From: an uncultured Gemmatimonadaceae bacterium
GTDB lineage: Bacteria; Gemmatimonadota; Gemmatimonadetes; Gemmatimonadales; Gemmatimonadaceae
Reading direction: 5' to 3'
NCBI GenBank assembly: GCA_963817955.1
Contig: CAWFQK010000005.1
Location: 64,001 to 128,000 of the forward strand
Length of the DNA stretch: 64,000 nucleotides
A model generated the notes under the pieces. The model did not search any database, was not told the DNA's origin, and saw nothing but the letters and a program-made list of their open reading frames with translations. How positions within the stretch are numbered: position 1 is the stretch's first letter; every line of letters starts with the position of its first letter. Shown here one piece after another: positions 52,421-62,297 of this stretch. The translations under genes were made by a program, and so were the position numbers.

Positions 52421-53266
52421 ATGAGCAGCACCCAACTTCACACCCTCTTCGCTTCCCTCGCCGCCGCGGCGGCCGCGACCTTTGGTAGCGCGCCATCAAT
52501 CGCCTCGGCACAACAGGGCGTCGCGAGTGCCGGGCAGTACGCCGCACGCACGAAGGCAGGCGCCAATGACGACGCGGACTCGACCGACGACGCCCATGCG
52601 CGGTACTCCTTCAAGTCACGTGCGGACAGCATCTCTTGGGCGCGCAACCGTGCAATCGCCGCGCGCGCATCAGGCTTTCGCTTGGTCGTATCGCTACAGG
52701 ATCGCCATTTGTGGGCGATCGTCGACGAGGATACCGTGCTGAGCGCCCCGGCCGCGGTGGCAAAAGGAACGACGCTCGATTTTGGAAAATCGGAATGGAA
52801 GTTCGAAACGCCGCGCGGCATTCGTAGAGTCCTCGGCAAGGAAGCAGACCCGATCTGGCAGCCACCCGAGTGGTTGTACGCCGAGACGGCGCTCGAACAC
52901 GATCTCAAACTCGGCCATCTGAGCGCCGGCCACCCGATCAAGTTGAGCGACGGACGCCTGCTCACCGTGCAGAACGACGAGGTCGGCGTGATCGAGAATG
53001 GCCAGTTCGCGCCGATGCCGACCGACGAGCACATCGTCTTCGACAACACGCTCTACGTGCCACCGTTGGGCACGAAGAACCGCAAGGTGGAAGGCGAGCT
53101 CGGAAAGTATCGTCTCATCCTTGGGGATGGGTACCTGCTGCACGGTACGCCCTACAAGGAATCGATCGGCATGGCCGCGACGCACGGATGCGTACGCTTG
53201 CGTGACGAGGACATTGAATGGTTGTACGAACACGTCCCCGTTGGAACGCGCGTGTACATATACTGA
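52421..53266 (+). CDS. L,D-transpeptidase (YkuD family)
   Basis: Signal peptide; TPRG; LHGT...IGMAATHGCVRL; VPVGTRVYIY. Confidence 0.93.
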   Translation: MSSTQLHTLFASLAAAAAATFGSAPSIASAQQGVASAGQYAARTKAGANDDADSTDDAHARYSFKSRADSISWARNRAIAARASGFRLVVSLQDRHLWAIVDEDTVLSAPAAVAKGTTLDFGKSEWKFETPRGIRRVLGKEADPIWQPPEWLYAETALEHDLKLGHLSAGHPIKLSDGRLLTVQNDEVGVIENGQFAPMPTDEHIVFDNTLYVPPLGTKNRKVEGELGKYRLILGDGYLLHGTPYKESIGMAATHGCVRLRDEDIEWLYEHVPVGTRVYIY

Positions 53267-53308
53267 CGGCGGCAAGGCAGTAGCCTTGCGCTCCGCGCTG
53301 TACGATGA

Positions 53309-53342
53309 CAAAGGCCCCCCGTATGAGCACGGGGGGCCTTTG
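53309..53342. terminator. Intrinsic terminator between convergent genes
   Basis: CAAAGGCCCCCCGT-ATGAGC-ACGGGGGGCCTTTG. Confidence 0.8.
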
Positions 53343-53355
53343 CTTGCCATAGGTC

Positions 53356-53387
53356 GGGATACTGCTCGCTTCGCTCGAGATGATACA
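53356..53387 (-). repeat. Degenerate REP-like element, copy 3
   Basis: Shares the TCGCTTCGCTC..GATGA core with 38146-38175. Confidence 0.5.
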
Positions 53388-53469
53388 GTGCAATCATGGC
53401 GTCAGGCAAGCGTCAACCATTTGGGATGGCGTGAGTTGGACTTCTGGAAGCGGTTCCCCGTACCGCCGT

Positions 53470-54402
53470 CTACCGATCTACTCGTGCCGGTGTCTCGTTC
53501 CCGCCGTCCACCACGAACTTCCAAGTGCCGTCCACCTGGCGCTCCCACACAGTGAGGTACTTCCCGAAGCGCTGTACCGCGGCCCCTGTCGGACCACGAC
53601 CAGTGACGACGTACTCGCCAACGCTGAAGCCGAGGTCATTCGATCCGGCCACTGACGCGTACACAGGATGCCAGGTGAGCGACGACCCGCCACCATGTGC
53701 CAGATAGTACTTGTTCACCGCAACCGGACCGATGACGAGTTGCGGGTTGCCGAACACCATGCCGTCCGGCGCAACGGTGTTCGAGAACGCGTACGCCACG
53801 CCCATGCGGTCGGCCAGATCAGCAAACGAACTGTCGGCGGCACGCATGTGCGCCGTGGCGTCGGCGAGGTCGCGCGACATGGTCCGTGTGGGCGGCGTCA
53901 GCTGGTCGGCAGTGAAGCTGGTCTCTGACGCGGTCTCTGGTCCAATTTCAGCGTAGGCAGCAATCCGCCAGGGTTGTCTTGGATCGCGATGCCAGAAAGC
54001 GATGTACCGATCCACCTGGACGCGGCGCGATTGGGGCCTCGCATAGACAGCGACCCCGAACGTATATGCCGATCGCAAATCGTATGACACACCGCCACCC
54101 AGTGGCTGCCAGGATTGCGCGATGGCATCGCCGCCGATGTCCGGCGCACTCAGCACTGTGCGCACCGCGTTTCGCCCATAGACCGCCGGCAGACCACCCC
54201 GCAGATACACGACGTCAGCAGCGAGCAGCGACAAGGACCCGTTCACCAGACCGCGCGCGGCCACTGAATCTCCGCGCGTCTGATCGAGTTGAAAGAGGCT
54301 ATCGCGTGCCGGTAGGCGCGCCGGCTCCGGAGCCGCCACGTGGTGCCGCAGACTACATCCGCACAGCATCAATAGCGCTGGAAGAAGCGACCGCGTCGTC
54401 AT
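53470..54402 (-). CDS. Lipoprotein with tandem NTF2/SnoaL-like (DUF4440-type) domains
   Basis: Lipobox-like LCGC; two domains ending YIAFW...WRI and GKYLTVWERQVDGTWKFVVDGG. Confidence 0.78.
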   Translation of the reverse strand: MTTRSLLPALLMLCGCSLRHHVAAPEPARLPARDSLFQLDQTRGDSVAARGLVNGSLSLLAADVVYLRGGLPAVYGRNAVRTVLSAPDIGGDAIAQSWQPLGGGVSYDLRSAYTFGVAVYARPQSRRVQVDRYIAFWHRDPRQPWRIAAYAEIGPETASETSFTADQLTPPTRTMSRDLADATAHMRAADSSFADLADRMGVAYAFSNTVAPDGMVFGNPQLVIGPVAVNKYYLAHGGGSSLTWHPVYASVAGSNDLGFSVGEYVVTGRGPTGAAVQRFGKYLTVWERQVDGTWKFVVDGGNETPARVDR

Positions 54403-54513
54403 GCTTCCACGCTATCGACCCCTCGAACGCCGCGCCAGGGTTGCGCCAGAGCATCTCGACGGTTTCTCTCGGCTATAAGTCTTTCAGTCAGCGCTACTTG
54501 GATGCCGGCTCGG

Positions 54514-54529
54514 CGGCACACGGATTGCG
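54514..54529 (+). promoter_or_regulatory. Probable sigma54 -24/-12 promoter
   Basis: CGGCACACGGATTGCG, close to the TGGCAC-N5-TTGC consensus. Confidence 0.5.
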
Positions 54530-54619
54530 CTTGGGCGGGACGCTCGTTCCCCCGCTACCCGGGTCAGCCATGAGTCAGCGAAGAAGCCCGCGCGCACGTC
54601 TGGTCAGCGAGCGTAACGC

Positions 54620-54862
54620 ATGAAAGTCGAGCAGCGCTGGCCGTCCACGCAGATGGCCCCGTCCACACGCGTGCGGATGATCGTCTCCGACGACGGTCGG
54701 CTATGGACGGTGCGCGAAGTACAAGCGCCGCCGTACGACCGGCGAGGAGCGCTCTCGCTCGTATTCGCCACGGACGACGCCATGCGTCGCGTACGGCATT
54801 ACCGCAGCGATTGGTTCGAGTGCTCGGATGTCGAACTGTACGCCATCAGCCTTCAGAAATAG
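54620..54862 (+). CDS. Small hypothetical protein
   Basis: 80 aa; W.V.E...L.F....RRV..Y..DW....D..L pattern shared with the N-terminus of 61689-62297. Confidence 0.65.
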   Translation: MKVEQRWPSTQMAPSTRVRMIVSDDGRLWTVREVQAPPYDRRGALSLVFATDDAMRRVRHYRSDWFECSDVELYAISLQK

Positions 54863-54866
54863 TCGG

Positions 54867-56156
54867 TCATATGGCAGAACGACGCTCGCGCACCTCGCGC
54901 CGTTGCCGGGGTAGCGTCAGCGTGAACGCTGAACCGTGGCCGAGTTGACTGGTCACCGTGATGTCGCCCCCCATGGCGCGCGCCAAGTCGCGGCTGATGG
55001 GCAGCCCCAGTCCCGTGCCGTCGCGTTTGGATGACGGATCTCCAACCTGTACGAACGGCTCGAATACCGCGCTGAGATATCCGTCCCGAATGCCGCACCC
55101 AGTATCAGCAACGTGTATGGACACTCGATCATCGCACGCCTCACACATGATCGTGATATGCCCGCCGGGCTCGGTGAACTTGATGGCGTTCGACAACAAG
55201 TTGACCAGGATCTGACGCGTCTTTTCGGGATCGGCATAGGTCGTCAGTTCGCAGTCAGCTGTGTCGCGCGCGGTGGCCACGACGTGCAGGCGCTTCGCCA
55301 GGGCCTGCGGCTCGACGAGCGTCTGCACATCGCTGATGATGTCGCGCACGACGATGTCGCGTGCATCGAGTTCCAGGCGGCCGGCCTCGATCTTGGCGTA
55401 GTCGAGTACCTCAGTGATCACGCCGATCAGATGCTGCTCGCTGCGCCGGATGCGTTCGAGCATCTCCTTTTGCTGCGCCGTGACCGGTCCATGGAGCCCC
55501 ATGGCGATCAGGTCGACGTAGCCGCCAATGGCGTTGAGCGGCGTGCGCAACTCGTGACTCATGGCGGCAAGGAAGCGCGCCTTGGCCGCGTTCGCCTCCT
55601 GTGCGATTTCTGACTCGTGCTCAGCCGCCGACGCGCGGCGGTCGCTTCGCATGGCGTTCGTGACGTCTTCCACGCGGTGAATGACGTAGGTCACCCGCGC
55701 GTCTTCGTCGAACACCGGGATGTTCGTCGGACTCCAGAACCGCTCCTCCCACCCGCCATCGGCCTGGCGCACGTTGTACTGATGCACCCGCATGGTTTCC
55801 AACGTGCCGCTCTCGACAACGCGTCCCAGCGACGCGAGCAGCGCGCGGACACTGGTCGGACTCCATTGCCCCGGTTGCTCGGCAAACACGTCGGACAGGG
55901 CGCGACCGAGAATGCTCCTGCCGGAGCCATCGGGGGCCGTCATCGTGGTGCGCAGATACGCATCGGTCACGGTGACGATGGTGAAGCGCGGCGGATCGGC
56001 GCGCACTACCAGGAGTGGAACGGGGACCGCGTCGAGCAGCCTCCGCAGGTCGCGCACCGGCATGCGCGTTCTTGCTGTGGAACGCCATGGTGCGCCGCCT
56101 GTTCTGCCGATCCAATCCGCTTCCATGATGACCACCTCCTGCCAGCCGATGGTCAT
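54867..56156 (-). CDS. Cytoplasmic PAS histidine kinase
   Basis: PAS, then SHELRTPLNAI, NLLSNAIKFT, DTGCGI, FEPFVQ, GTGLGL. Confidence 0.93.
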   Translation of the reverse strand: MTIGWQEVVIMEADWIGRTGGAPWRSTARTRMPVRDLRRLLDAVPVPLLVVRADPPRFTIVTVTDAYLRTTMTAPDGSGRSILGRALSDVFAEQPGQWSPTSVRALLASLGRVVESGTLETMRVHQYNVRQADGGWEERFWSPTNIPVFDEDARVTYVIHRVEDVTNAMRSDRRASAAEHESEIAQEANAAKARFLAAMSHELRTPLNAIGGYVDLIAMGLHGPVTAQQKEMLERIRRSEQHLIGVITEVLDYAKIEAGRLELDARDIVVRDIISDVQTLVEPQALAKRLHVVATARDTADCELTTYADPEKTRQILVNLLSNAIKFTEPGGHITIMCEACDDRVSIHVADTGCGIRDGYLSAVFEPFVQVGDPSSKRDGTGLGLPISRDLARAMGGDITVTSQLGHGSAFTLTLPRQRREVRERRSAI

Positions 56157-56252
56157 GCATCTCCTGCACCTGCAAGACCGAACGCTTCCGCAGGCGCCGG
56201 CCGAGCACGCGAACAGCTGTCGGCCGTACCGAGCCGTGAAGGGCAGTGCGGA

Positions 56253-56855
56253 TCAGCGCGTAGTCGTTCTCGTATCGAACAACCAGTACAGCACGCCAGA
56301 GCTCGTGGCGCCGAGTAACGGGACGACGCTCACCGTTGCCCGCACCTCGACTGGCGTGTCGCCCATCCGGTGCAGAACCAGTCGCCAGTCGGTGACCATG
56401 GAGTCCGCCGCGAGACGCGAAACCTGTTTGCGAAATGCGTCGCGCTGCCCAACCTCGACCAGTGCGGCCATCGGTTTCCGTTCGAGGTAGCGCCCTTCGC
56501 GCCGGAACAACTCCGAGGCGGCGAGGTTCGTCTCGAGAATGGTCGCGTAGAGATCCGTAATCAACACCGGCAACGGCGAGTGCAGGAACAGGTTTCGATA
56601 ATGAAACAGGCGCTCGTCCTCGGCCGCGCGCGCGGCCCCGAGCAGCGCGTTCTGCTCACGCAGTTCCTCTTCCGCAACCTTCAACTCTTCGAGCGATGTC
56701 ATCAGCAATCCGGTGACCGCCGGCAATGCATCGGCACGATGGGCCGGGGGACAATCGCTCGAGCCATCGAGCACTTCGCTGGCCCGTGTGAGAACGGTGT
56801 GGCGACAACGCGCCAGTGCCGATAGGGTGGGATTGGATTCTGTTTCGGCGAGCAT
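56253..56855 (-). CDS. Coiled-coil plus stand-alone PAS protein
   Basis: SLEELKVAEEELREQN, then PAS-like LITD..ATILETNLAASELF; no output domain. Confidence 0.8.
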   Translation of the reverse strand: MLAETESNPTLSALARCRHTVLTRASEVLDGSSDCPPAHRADALPAVTGLLMTSLEELKVAEEELREQNALLGAARAAEDERLFHYRNLFLHSPLPVLITDLYATILETNLAASELFRREGRYLERKPMAALVEVGQRDAFRKQVSRLAADSMVTDWRLVLHRMGDTPVEVRATVSVVPLLGATSSGVLYWLFDTRTTTR

Positions 56856-57099
56856 TGGTGCCTCTCTGTGACGTCGTTTTCCAGTACGACTGCACCGTAC
56901 CTACAAGGCAAATTTTGTGCTGGCGCCGTACCGCTGAGGGTTGCGGCGCCACCGGCCACCGTTATGACGGAACTCGCGCAGAATGATGTCAGGCAATTCC
57001 CGGAATTGCGTTGGTCTGGTTCGCGGCATACGATCCGATGAGGACCAGGCGTCCACCGCAGCGACGTTCCTGGCCCTCCGCATCTTCGTCCATTAAGAG

Positions 57100-58532
57100 A
57101 TGTCTGATTCCCCGGAACAAGGCGCGCGCGCCACACCGGCGCAGGGATGGAGTCTCCCGATCGCCTTCTGGCAGGACGAAGTCGCGCAAGCTCGCTCGCG
57201 CGTCGCGGCCATGCGCGCCGGCACGTCCGCGAACGATCATGCATCGGGCGGCGCGCCCGCGTTGCACGAGCTGTCGCTGAGTTTCGAGGAGCTCTCCGTC
57301 GCCGAAGAGGAGCTGCGCACACAGAACGAAGAACTCGTACGGACATACGCGGCGGTCGACGCCGACCGCCAGCGCTATCGCGAGTTGTTCGAACACGCGC
57401 CCGTCGCCTATCTCGTCACCGACGAGCACGGCATCATCCAGGAGGCGAACGAATCTGCGAGCCGTCTCTTTGGTTGCCGCCGCGAGTGGATACAGGCAAA
57501 CCCCTCGTCGTGTTTGCACCGCAGTCGTCGCGCCGAGCGTTGCGGACATGGCTCGGATCGCTCGCCACGATCGAGGGGAGCATCACACGCTCCTTTCAGA
57601 TCCGGGACCGTCATGGGCACATCAGGCGGATCGAAGCCAGCGTCGCCGTGGCTCGTCGCATTGCCGATGCCGGCGTGGAGCTGCGGTGGCTGCTGGTCGA
57701 CCGAACCAAGCGCGCACGCCGCGAGCGGGAGCAACGCGCACGGGCGGCCGAGCTCGAAACTCTGGTCGCGGCGCGCACGGCAGAACTGCTGCAAGCGCAG
57801 GCGACGAAGGACCGGCTCGTGGCTACCGTGAGCCACGAGTTTCGCACGGCGTTGTCGGCAATCGGCGGCTACGCGGAGCTGCTGGCGATGGGCCTTCGTG
57901 GTCCGCTCACCGAACCACAAGCCGAGGACGTGCGACGCATCCAGCGGGCGTACCATCATCTCAGCCACGTCGTCGACGACTTGCTGAGCTACAGCAAGAT
58001 CATTTCGGGGCATCTGTCTCTGCACGTGACCGACGTGGCGCTGCGCGATGCGTTACGCGCCATTGCAGAATTGGTGATGCCGCAGGCGGCAGCGCGCCAC
58101 ATCACCATCACGCTCGGCGATACCGATCAAAGCCTGGTGGTCCGCGCGGACACCGACCGGTTGCGCCAGATCGTCCTGAACCTGCTTGGCAACGCGATCA
58201 AATTCGTTCCGACGCAGGGTCGTATCGACGTGCGCTGCCGCGCGGATGCAACCGACGTGTACGTCGACGTTGCGGACAACGGACCAGGCATTCCTCCAGC
58301 AGAGCGGGAAGGCGTATTCGAGGCTTTCGTGAGCCATCCTTCCCCGGCTGGCGTTGTGGGCACCGGACTCGGAATGGCGATCAGCCGCGATCTCGCGCGT
58401 GCCATGGGAGGAGATCTCGCCATCAAGCCGCAGGAAGACGGTGGAAGTTGTTTCGTGCTTCGCCTGCCGCGGAGCACGCCTCTTGCGACCATCGACTGCC
58501 GTGTCGAGCCGAATACAGACCCTGGATCATAG
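57100..58532 (+). pseudogene. PAS histidine kinase split by a frameshift near 57494 (real or sequencing error)
   Basis: One frame gives coil + PAS up to RLFGCRREWI; another continues GKPLVVF...SHEFRT...NAIKF...GTGLG. Confidence 0.8.
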
Positions 58533-58549
58533 CCAGCCGGAGGGCGTGG

Positions 58550-59590
58550 ATGTTAAGACGGGACATCATCGTGATTGGAGGGTCGGCAGGCGGAGTCGAA
58601 GCCCTCGAGACCATCGCCCGGACGCTTCCAGCATCGTTTGACGGATCGATCTTCGCCACGCTGCACTTTCCGGAGCACGGTACGAGTCTGCTCCCGGCGA
58701 TCCTGTCGCGAGTGAGTGCCGTTCCCGCCTCGCACGCCACGGACGGGGAGGCGATCATGCCAGGGCGAATCTACGTCGCGTCCCCTGACTACCACTTGTT
58801 ACTGACGCAGGACCGGATACGACTGGTTCGAGGCCCGAGAGAAAACGGCAGCCGCCCTGCCGTCGACGTCTTGTTTCGCTCTGCGGCCCTCGCCTTCGGG
58901 AGACGCGTGATTGGCGTCGTGCTCACCGGCAACCTCGACGATGGAACCGCCGGTCTCGCGGCGATCAAGCGACGTGGCGGCATCGCCGTCGTTCAGGACC
59001 CTGACAGCGCACTGTTTCCATCTATGCCACGCAGCGCGCTCGACAACGTTGCCGTGGATCGCGTGGTGAGCATCCAGCAACTCACCCAGGTGCTGATCGA
59101 ACTCATGGTCGAGCTCCCGCCTGACAACGAGATTCCGCCGACCGAACGCGACATCATGGAAAACGAGCTTGCCGCCGGAAACGTGCGCGCAATGGATCAT
59201 GCCGAAGAGCAGCATCCCGGTGTGCCATCTGCGTTCTCCTGCCCCGATTGCGGCGGCGTGCTCTGGGAACTGCACGACGGTGAATTCACCCGGTTTCGTT
59301 GCCGCGTCGGTCACGCCTGGACCGCCAATGCACTGTACGGCGAGCAAGCAAGAAAACTTGACGAGGCGCTCTGGACCGCGCTCCGCGCGCTCGAGGAAAG
59401 CGCGGCGCTCTCGCGCCGGATGGCGGCGCGCCACCGAGCACGCGGCTCGGATGGGCTCGCCGCGCGATTCGAAGCGCAGGCAGACCAGGCGACGTCTCGC
59501 GCCGGCGTGATTCGTGATGCCATTGCCGCTGACCGAGAATTGGACGAACAATCCATTGCCCAGGACGGAATTCCCAAGCGAGCGTCCTGA
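58550..59590 (+). CDS. cheB: CheB-type methylesterase (no REC) with C-terminal Cys/His zinc-ribbon-like region
   Basis: GGSAGG, TLH, RPAVDVLFRSAA, LTGNLDDG, QDP..A..PSMP; CPDCGG...CRVGH. Confidence 0.88.
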   Translation: MLRRDIIVIGGSAGGVEALETIARTLPASFDGSIFATLHFPEHGTSLLPAILSRVSAVPASHATDGEAIMPGRIYVASPDYHLLLTQDRIRLVRGPRENGSRPAVDVLFRSAALAFGRRVIGVVLTGNLDDGTAGLAAIKRRGGIAVVQDPDSALFPSMPRSALDNVAVDRVVSIQQLTQVLIELMVELPPDNEIPPTERDIMENELAAGNVRAMDHAEEQHPGVPSAFSCPDCGGVLWELHDGEFTRFRCRVGHAWTANALYGEQARKLDEALWTALRALEESAALSRRMAARHRARGSDGLAARFEAQADQATSRAGVIRDAIAADRELDEQSIAQDGIPKRAS

Positions 59591-59601
59591 TGTCATCCGG
59601 C

Positions 59602-59617
59602 TGGCGCGCACCGTGCC
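59602..59617 (+). promoter_or_regulatory. Possible sigma54 promoter
   Basis: TGGCGCGCACCGTGCC upstream of cheR. Confidence 0.3.
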
Positions 59618-59689
59618 AGACATGATACTTACACGCGCCGCGCGCGGCGCATCCGACGCAGCGCGACTCCTCTTCCGCCACCGTCCATC

Positions 59690-61636
59690 GTGTCTGAACA
59701 AGCCAACGACCTCGAGGCTCTCCTCGACTATTTGAAGCGGACGCGTGGGTTCGATTTCACCGGGTACAAGCGCACCAGCCTCGAGCGTCGAATCCTCAAA
59801 CGCATGCAGAGCGTGAGGGTGGCGTCATTCGCCGACTACCTCGATTATCTCGAGGTACACCCCGAAGAGTTCCCCGGGTTGTTCAACACGGTGCTCATCA
59901 ATGTCACCAGCTTCTTTCGCGACCCATCCACCTGGGAGTTCATCGCGGAATCAGTGATCCCCGATCTGCTGGCCCAACGCGCCTCCGGACACCCCCTTCG
60001 GGTGTGGAGCGCGGGATGTGCCTCGGGTGAAGAAGCGTATACCTTGGCGATGTTGTTCGCCGAAGCGCTCGGCGTCGATGCGTTCCAGGAACGGGTGAAG
60101 ATCTACGCCACCGATGTCGACGAAGAAGCACTCGCCAAGGCGCGCCAGGCGGCTTACAGCGAGCAGGAAGTGGCCGACATACCGCCGGCCCTGCTGAAGA
60201 AGTACTTCGAAAAGAGCGGCGGGCTGTACGTGTTCCGGAAGGACCTCAGACGCCATGTGATCTTCGGCCGGCACGACCTCATCCAGGACGCACCGATCTC
60301 GCACGTCGACATGCTCGTGTGTCGGAACACGCTCATGTACTTCAACGCGGAAACGCAGGCGAAGATCATCGCGCGATTCCAGTATGCGCTGGCCGACCAC
60401 GGCGTGCTGGTCCTGGGACGCGCCGAGACGTTGATGACGCACACGAACGCGTTCACGCCGCTCGATCTCAAGCGCCGCGTTTCGAAGAAGCTGCCGGCAA
60501 GCGCATACCGCGGCGATCGTCTGAAGTTCGCTGCGCGGCAGGCACAAGGTGACCAGCCGGAGCCCACCGACCAGGGGCTGCTCCGTGATGCGGCGTTCGA
60601 CGCGAATCAGACCGCGCAACTGGTGGTTCAGGTGAATGGCAGTCTCGCGCTGGCGAACGAGCGCGCCCGCGCGATGTTCGGCATTTCGCCCAGCGACGTC
60701 GCGCGCCCGTTGCAGGACCTCAAGATCTCGTATCGTCCCATTGAGTTGCGATCCATCATCGAACGCGTGTACCTCGAGCGCCGTCCGACGGTGCTGCCCG
60801 ACGTCGAGTGGATGTCGCTCAGCGGCGACAATCGTTGGCTGGAGGTGACCGTGGTGCCGCTGATCGGTCCGCTACGCGGAGTGATCGCCGGTGCAAGTAT
60901 CACGTTTCACGACATCACGGCAGCCAAGCGACTCCAGCGCGATCTCGAGCACACCCATCAGGAGCTCGAGACAGCGTACGAGGAGTTGCAATCGACGAAC
61001 GAGGAACTGGAGACCACGAACGAGGAGCTTCAGTCGACCGTGGAAGAGCTCGAGACGACGAACGAGGAGCTACAGGCGACGAACGAAGAGTTCGGGACAA
61101 TGAATGAGGAGTTGCAGTCGACGAACGAAGAGCTGCAGACGATGAACGACGAGCTCCGTCGACGCGACGAAGAGATCAATCGGGCCAACGCGTTTCTCGA
61201 GAGCATACTCGGCAGCCTGAACGGCGCGGTGATTGTCGTCGATCGCAAACTCAACGTTCTCCTTTGGAATGAAGGGGCGGAGGAGTTGTGGGGACTGCAC
61301 GAGGAAGAGCTGCGCGGCAAGAGTTTCCTCGACCTCGACATCGGCTTGCCGACCGAGCAGCTCGAGCAGCCCCTCCGCGCCTGCTTGAGCGGAGAACAAG
61401 AGCGCGCTTCGCTCACGATCGACGCGATCAATCGACGGGGCCACGACCTTACCTGCCGCGTGTCAGTATCGCCGGCACGCCCCCGCACCGGCGATATCCT
61501 CGGCGCAATTCTCGTCACGGAAGTCGTACTCGCAATCAAGCGAAACGGGCCCGGGAATGGCGACCGCGACGGCGCGAACGGACGCACCCAAACCCCCGCC
61601 AACGCAAAAAAACCGACACTGAACCGCGAGCGCTGA
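59690..61636 (+). CDS. cheR: CheR methyltransferase with PAS / EELQSTN coiled coil / PAS
   Basis: INVTSFFRD, RVWSAGCASGEEAY, IYATD, CRNTLMYF; EELQSTNEELETTNEELQS repeats. Confidence 0.92.
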   Translation: MSEQANDLEALLDYLKRTRGFDFTGYKRTSLERRILKRMQSVRVASFADYLDYLEVHPEEFPGLFNTVLINVTSFFRDPSTWEFIAESVIPDLLAQRASGHPLRVWSAGCASGEEAYTLAMLFAEALGVDAFQERVKIYATDVDEEALAKARQAAYSEQEVADIPPALLKKYFEKSGGLYVFRKDLRRHVIFGRHDLIQDAPISHVDMLVCRNTLMYFNAETQAKIIARFQYALADHGVLVLGRAETLMTHTNAFTPLDLKRRVSKKLPASAYRGDRLKFAARQAQGDQPEPTDQGLLRDAAFDANQTAQLVVQVNGSLALANERARAMFGISPSDVARPLQDLKISYRPIELRSIIERVYLERRPTVLPDVEWMSLSGDNRWLEVTVVPLIGPLRGVIAGASITFHDITAAKRLQRDLEHTHQELETAYEELQSTNEELETTNEELQSTVEELETTNEELQATNEEFGTMNEELQSTNEELQTMNDELRRRDEEINRANAFLESILGSLNGAVIVVDRKLNVLLWNEGAEELWGLHEEELRGKSFLDLDIGLPTEQLEQPLRACLSGEQERASLTIDAINRRGHDLTCRVSVSPARPRTGDILGAILVTEVVLAIKRNGPGNGDRDGANGRTQTPANAKKPTLNRER

Positions 61637-61688
61637 TCGGCGAGCATGAACCGTGCACGTTTGCTTTCATTCTGGGAGGCCGGCCCTG

Positions 61689-62297
61689 ATGCGAGAGTTG
61701 ACCCGAAACGGAACGCCGTGGTGTGTGCACGAGCTCGACACGTCCCGCGTGCCCGGCGCACGAGCGGACCATTGCCTCATCTACGAGAGCGAGGACGTCG
61801 TCCGCCGCGTATGGGCATATCCGCCAGACTGGGATGCGCTCGCTGACGACCTGCTCTGGGCACTGATGGAGTCGCGTTCCGCGACGTACGCACCGAGCCC
61901 CCAGGAAACGGCAGAGTCGACGCTCACGCGCGAGCGAGCGGTAGAGATCCCGGTCACGCGCGAGCTCGCGACTATCGAGCGGGCGTTTGACGTTACGGCA
62001 CGTACGCGCTCGCTGCTGGCAGAGCTCCATGTGTCGCGGGAGTGCAGTCAGAGCCTGATCGACGAACAGCGCGAGCTACGAGAGCGTTGTCGAACGGTTC
62101 ATCAGGCAATGCAGGAGTCGGTGCGGGCCTACGCCATGTTGCTGCGGCGGGACGGCGTGCCGCCGGAACAGGCCTTGGTTCTGATCAAGCAGGCAATGCA
62201 GGGGGGCATCACCGGTCCCTGTTTGGACGAGATGGCGGCCGAGCAGGTGTTGCGCCACGGTGTTGAATGGTGCATCGACGCGTACTTCGCGGCGTGA
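61689..62297 (+). CDS. Hypothetical protein (two small domains)
   Basis: GGAGG RBS; N-domain resembles 54620-54862; C-terminal LRRDGVPPEQALVLIK...WCIDAYF. Confidence 0.75.
   Translation: MRELTRNGTPWCVHELDTSRVPGARADHCLIYESEDVVRRVWAYPPDWDALADDLLWALMESRSATYAPSPQETAESTLTRERAVEIPVTRELATIERAFDVTARTRSLLAELHVSRECSQSLIDEQRELRERCRTVHQAMQESVRAYAMLLRRDGVPPEQALVLIKQAMQGGITGPCLDEMAAEQVLRHGVEWCIDAYFAA

Noticed and set aside
62209..62297. 89-nt convergent overlap between cfa and the hypothetical gene
   Set aside because: The cfa tail is non-conserved low-complexity sequence, most simply explained by stop-codon drift
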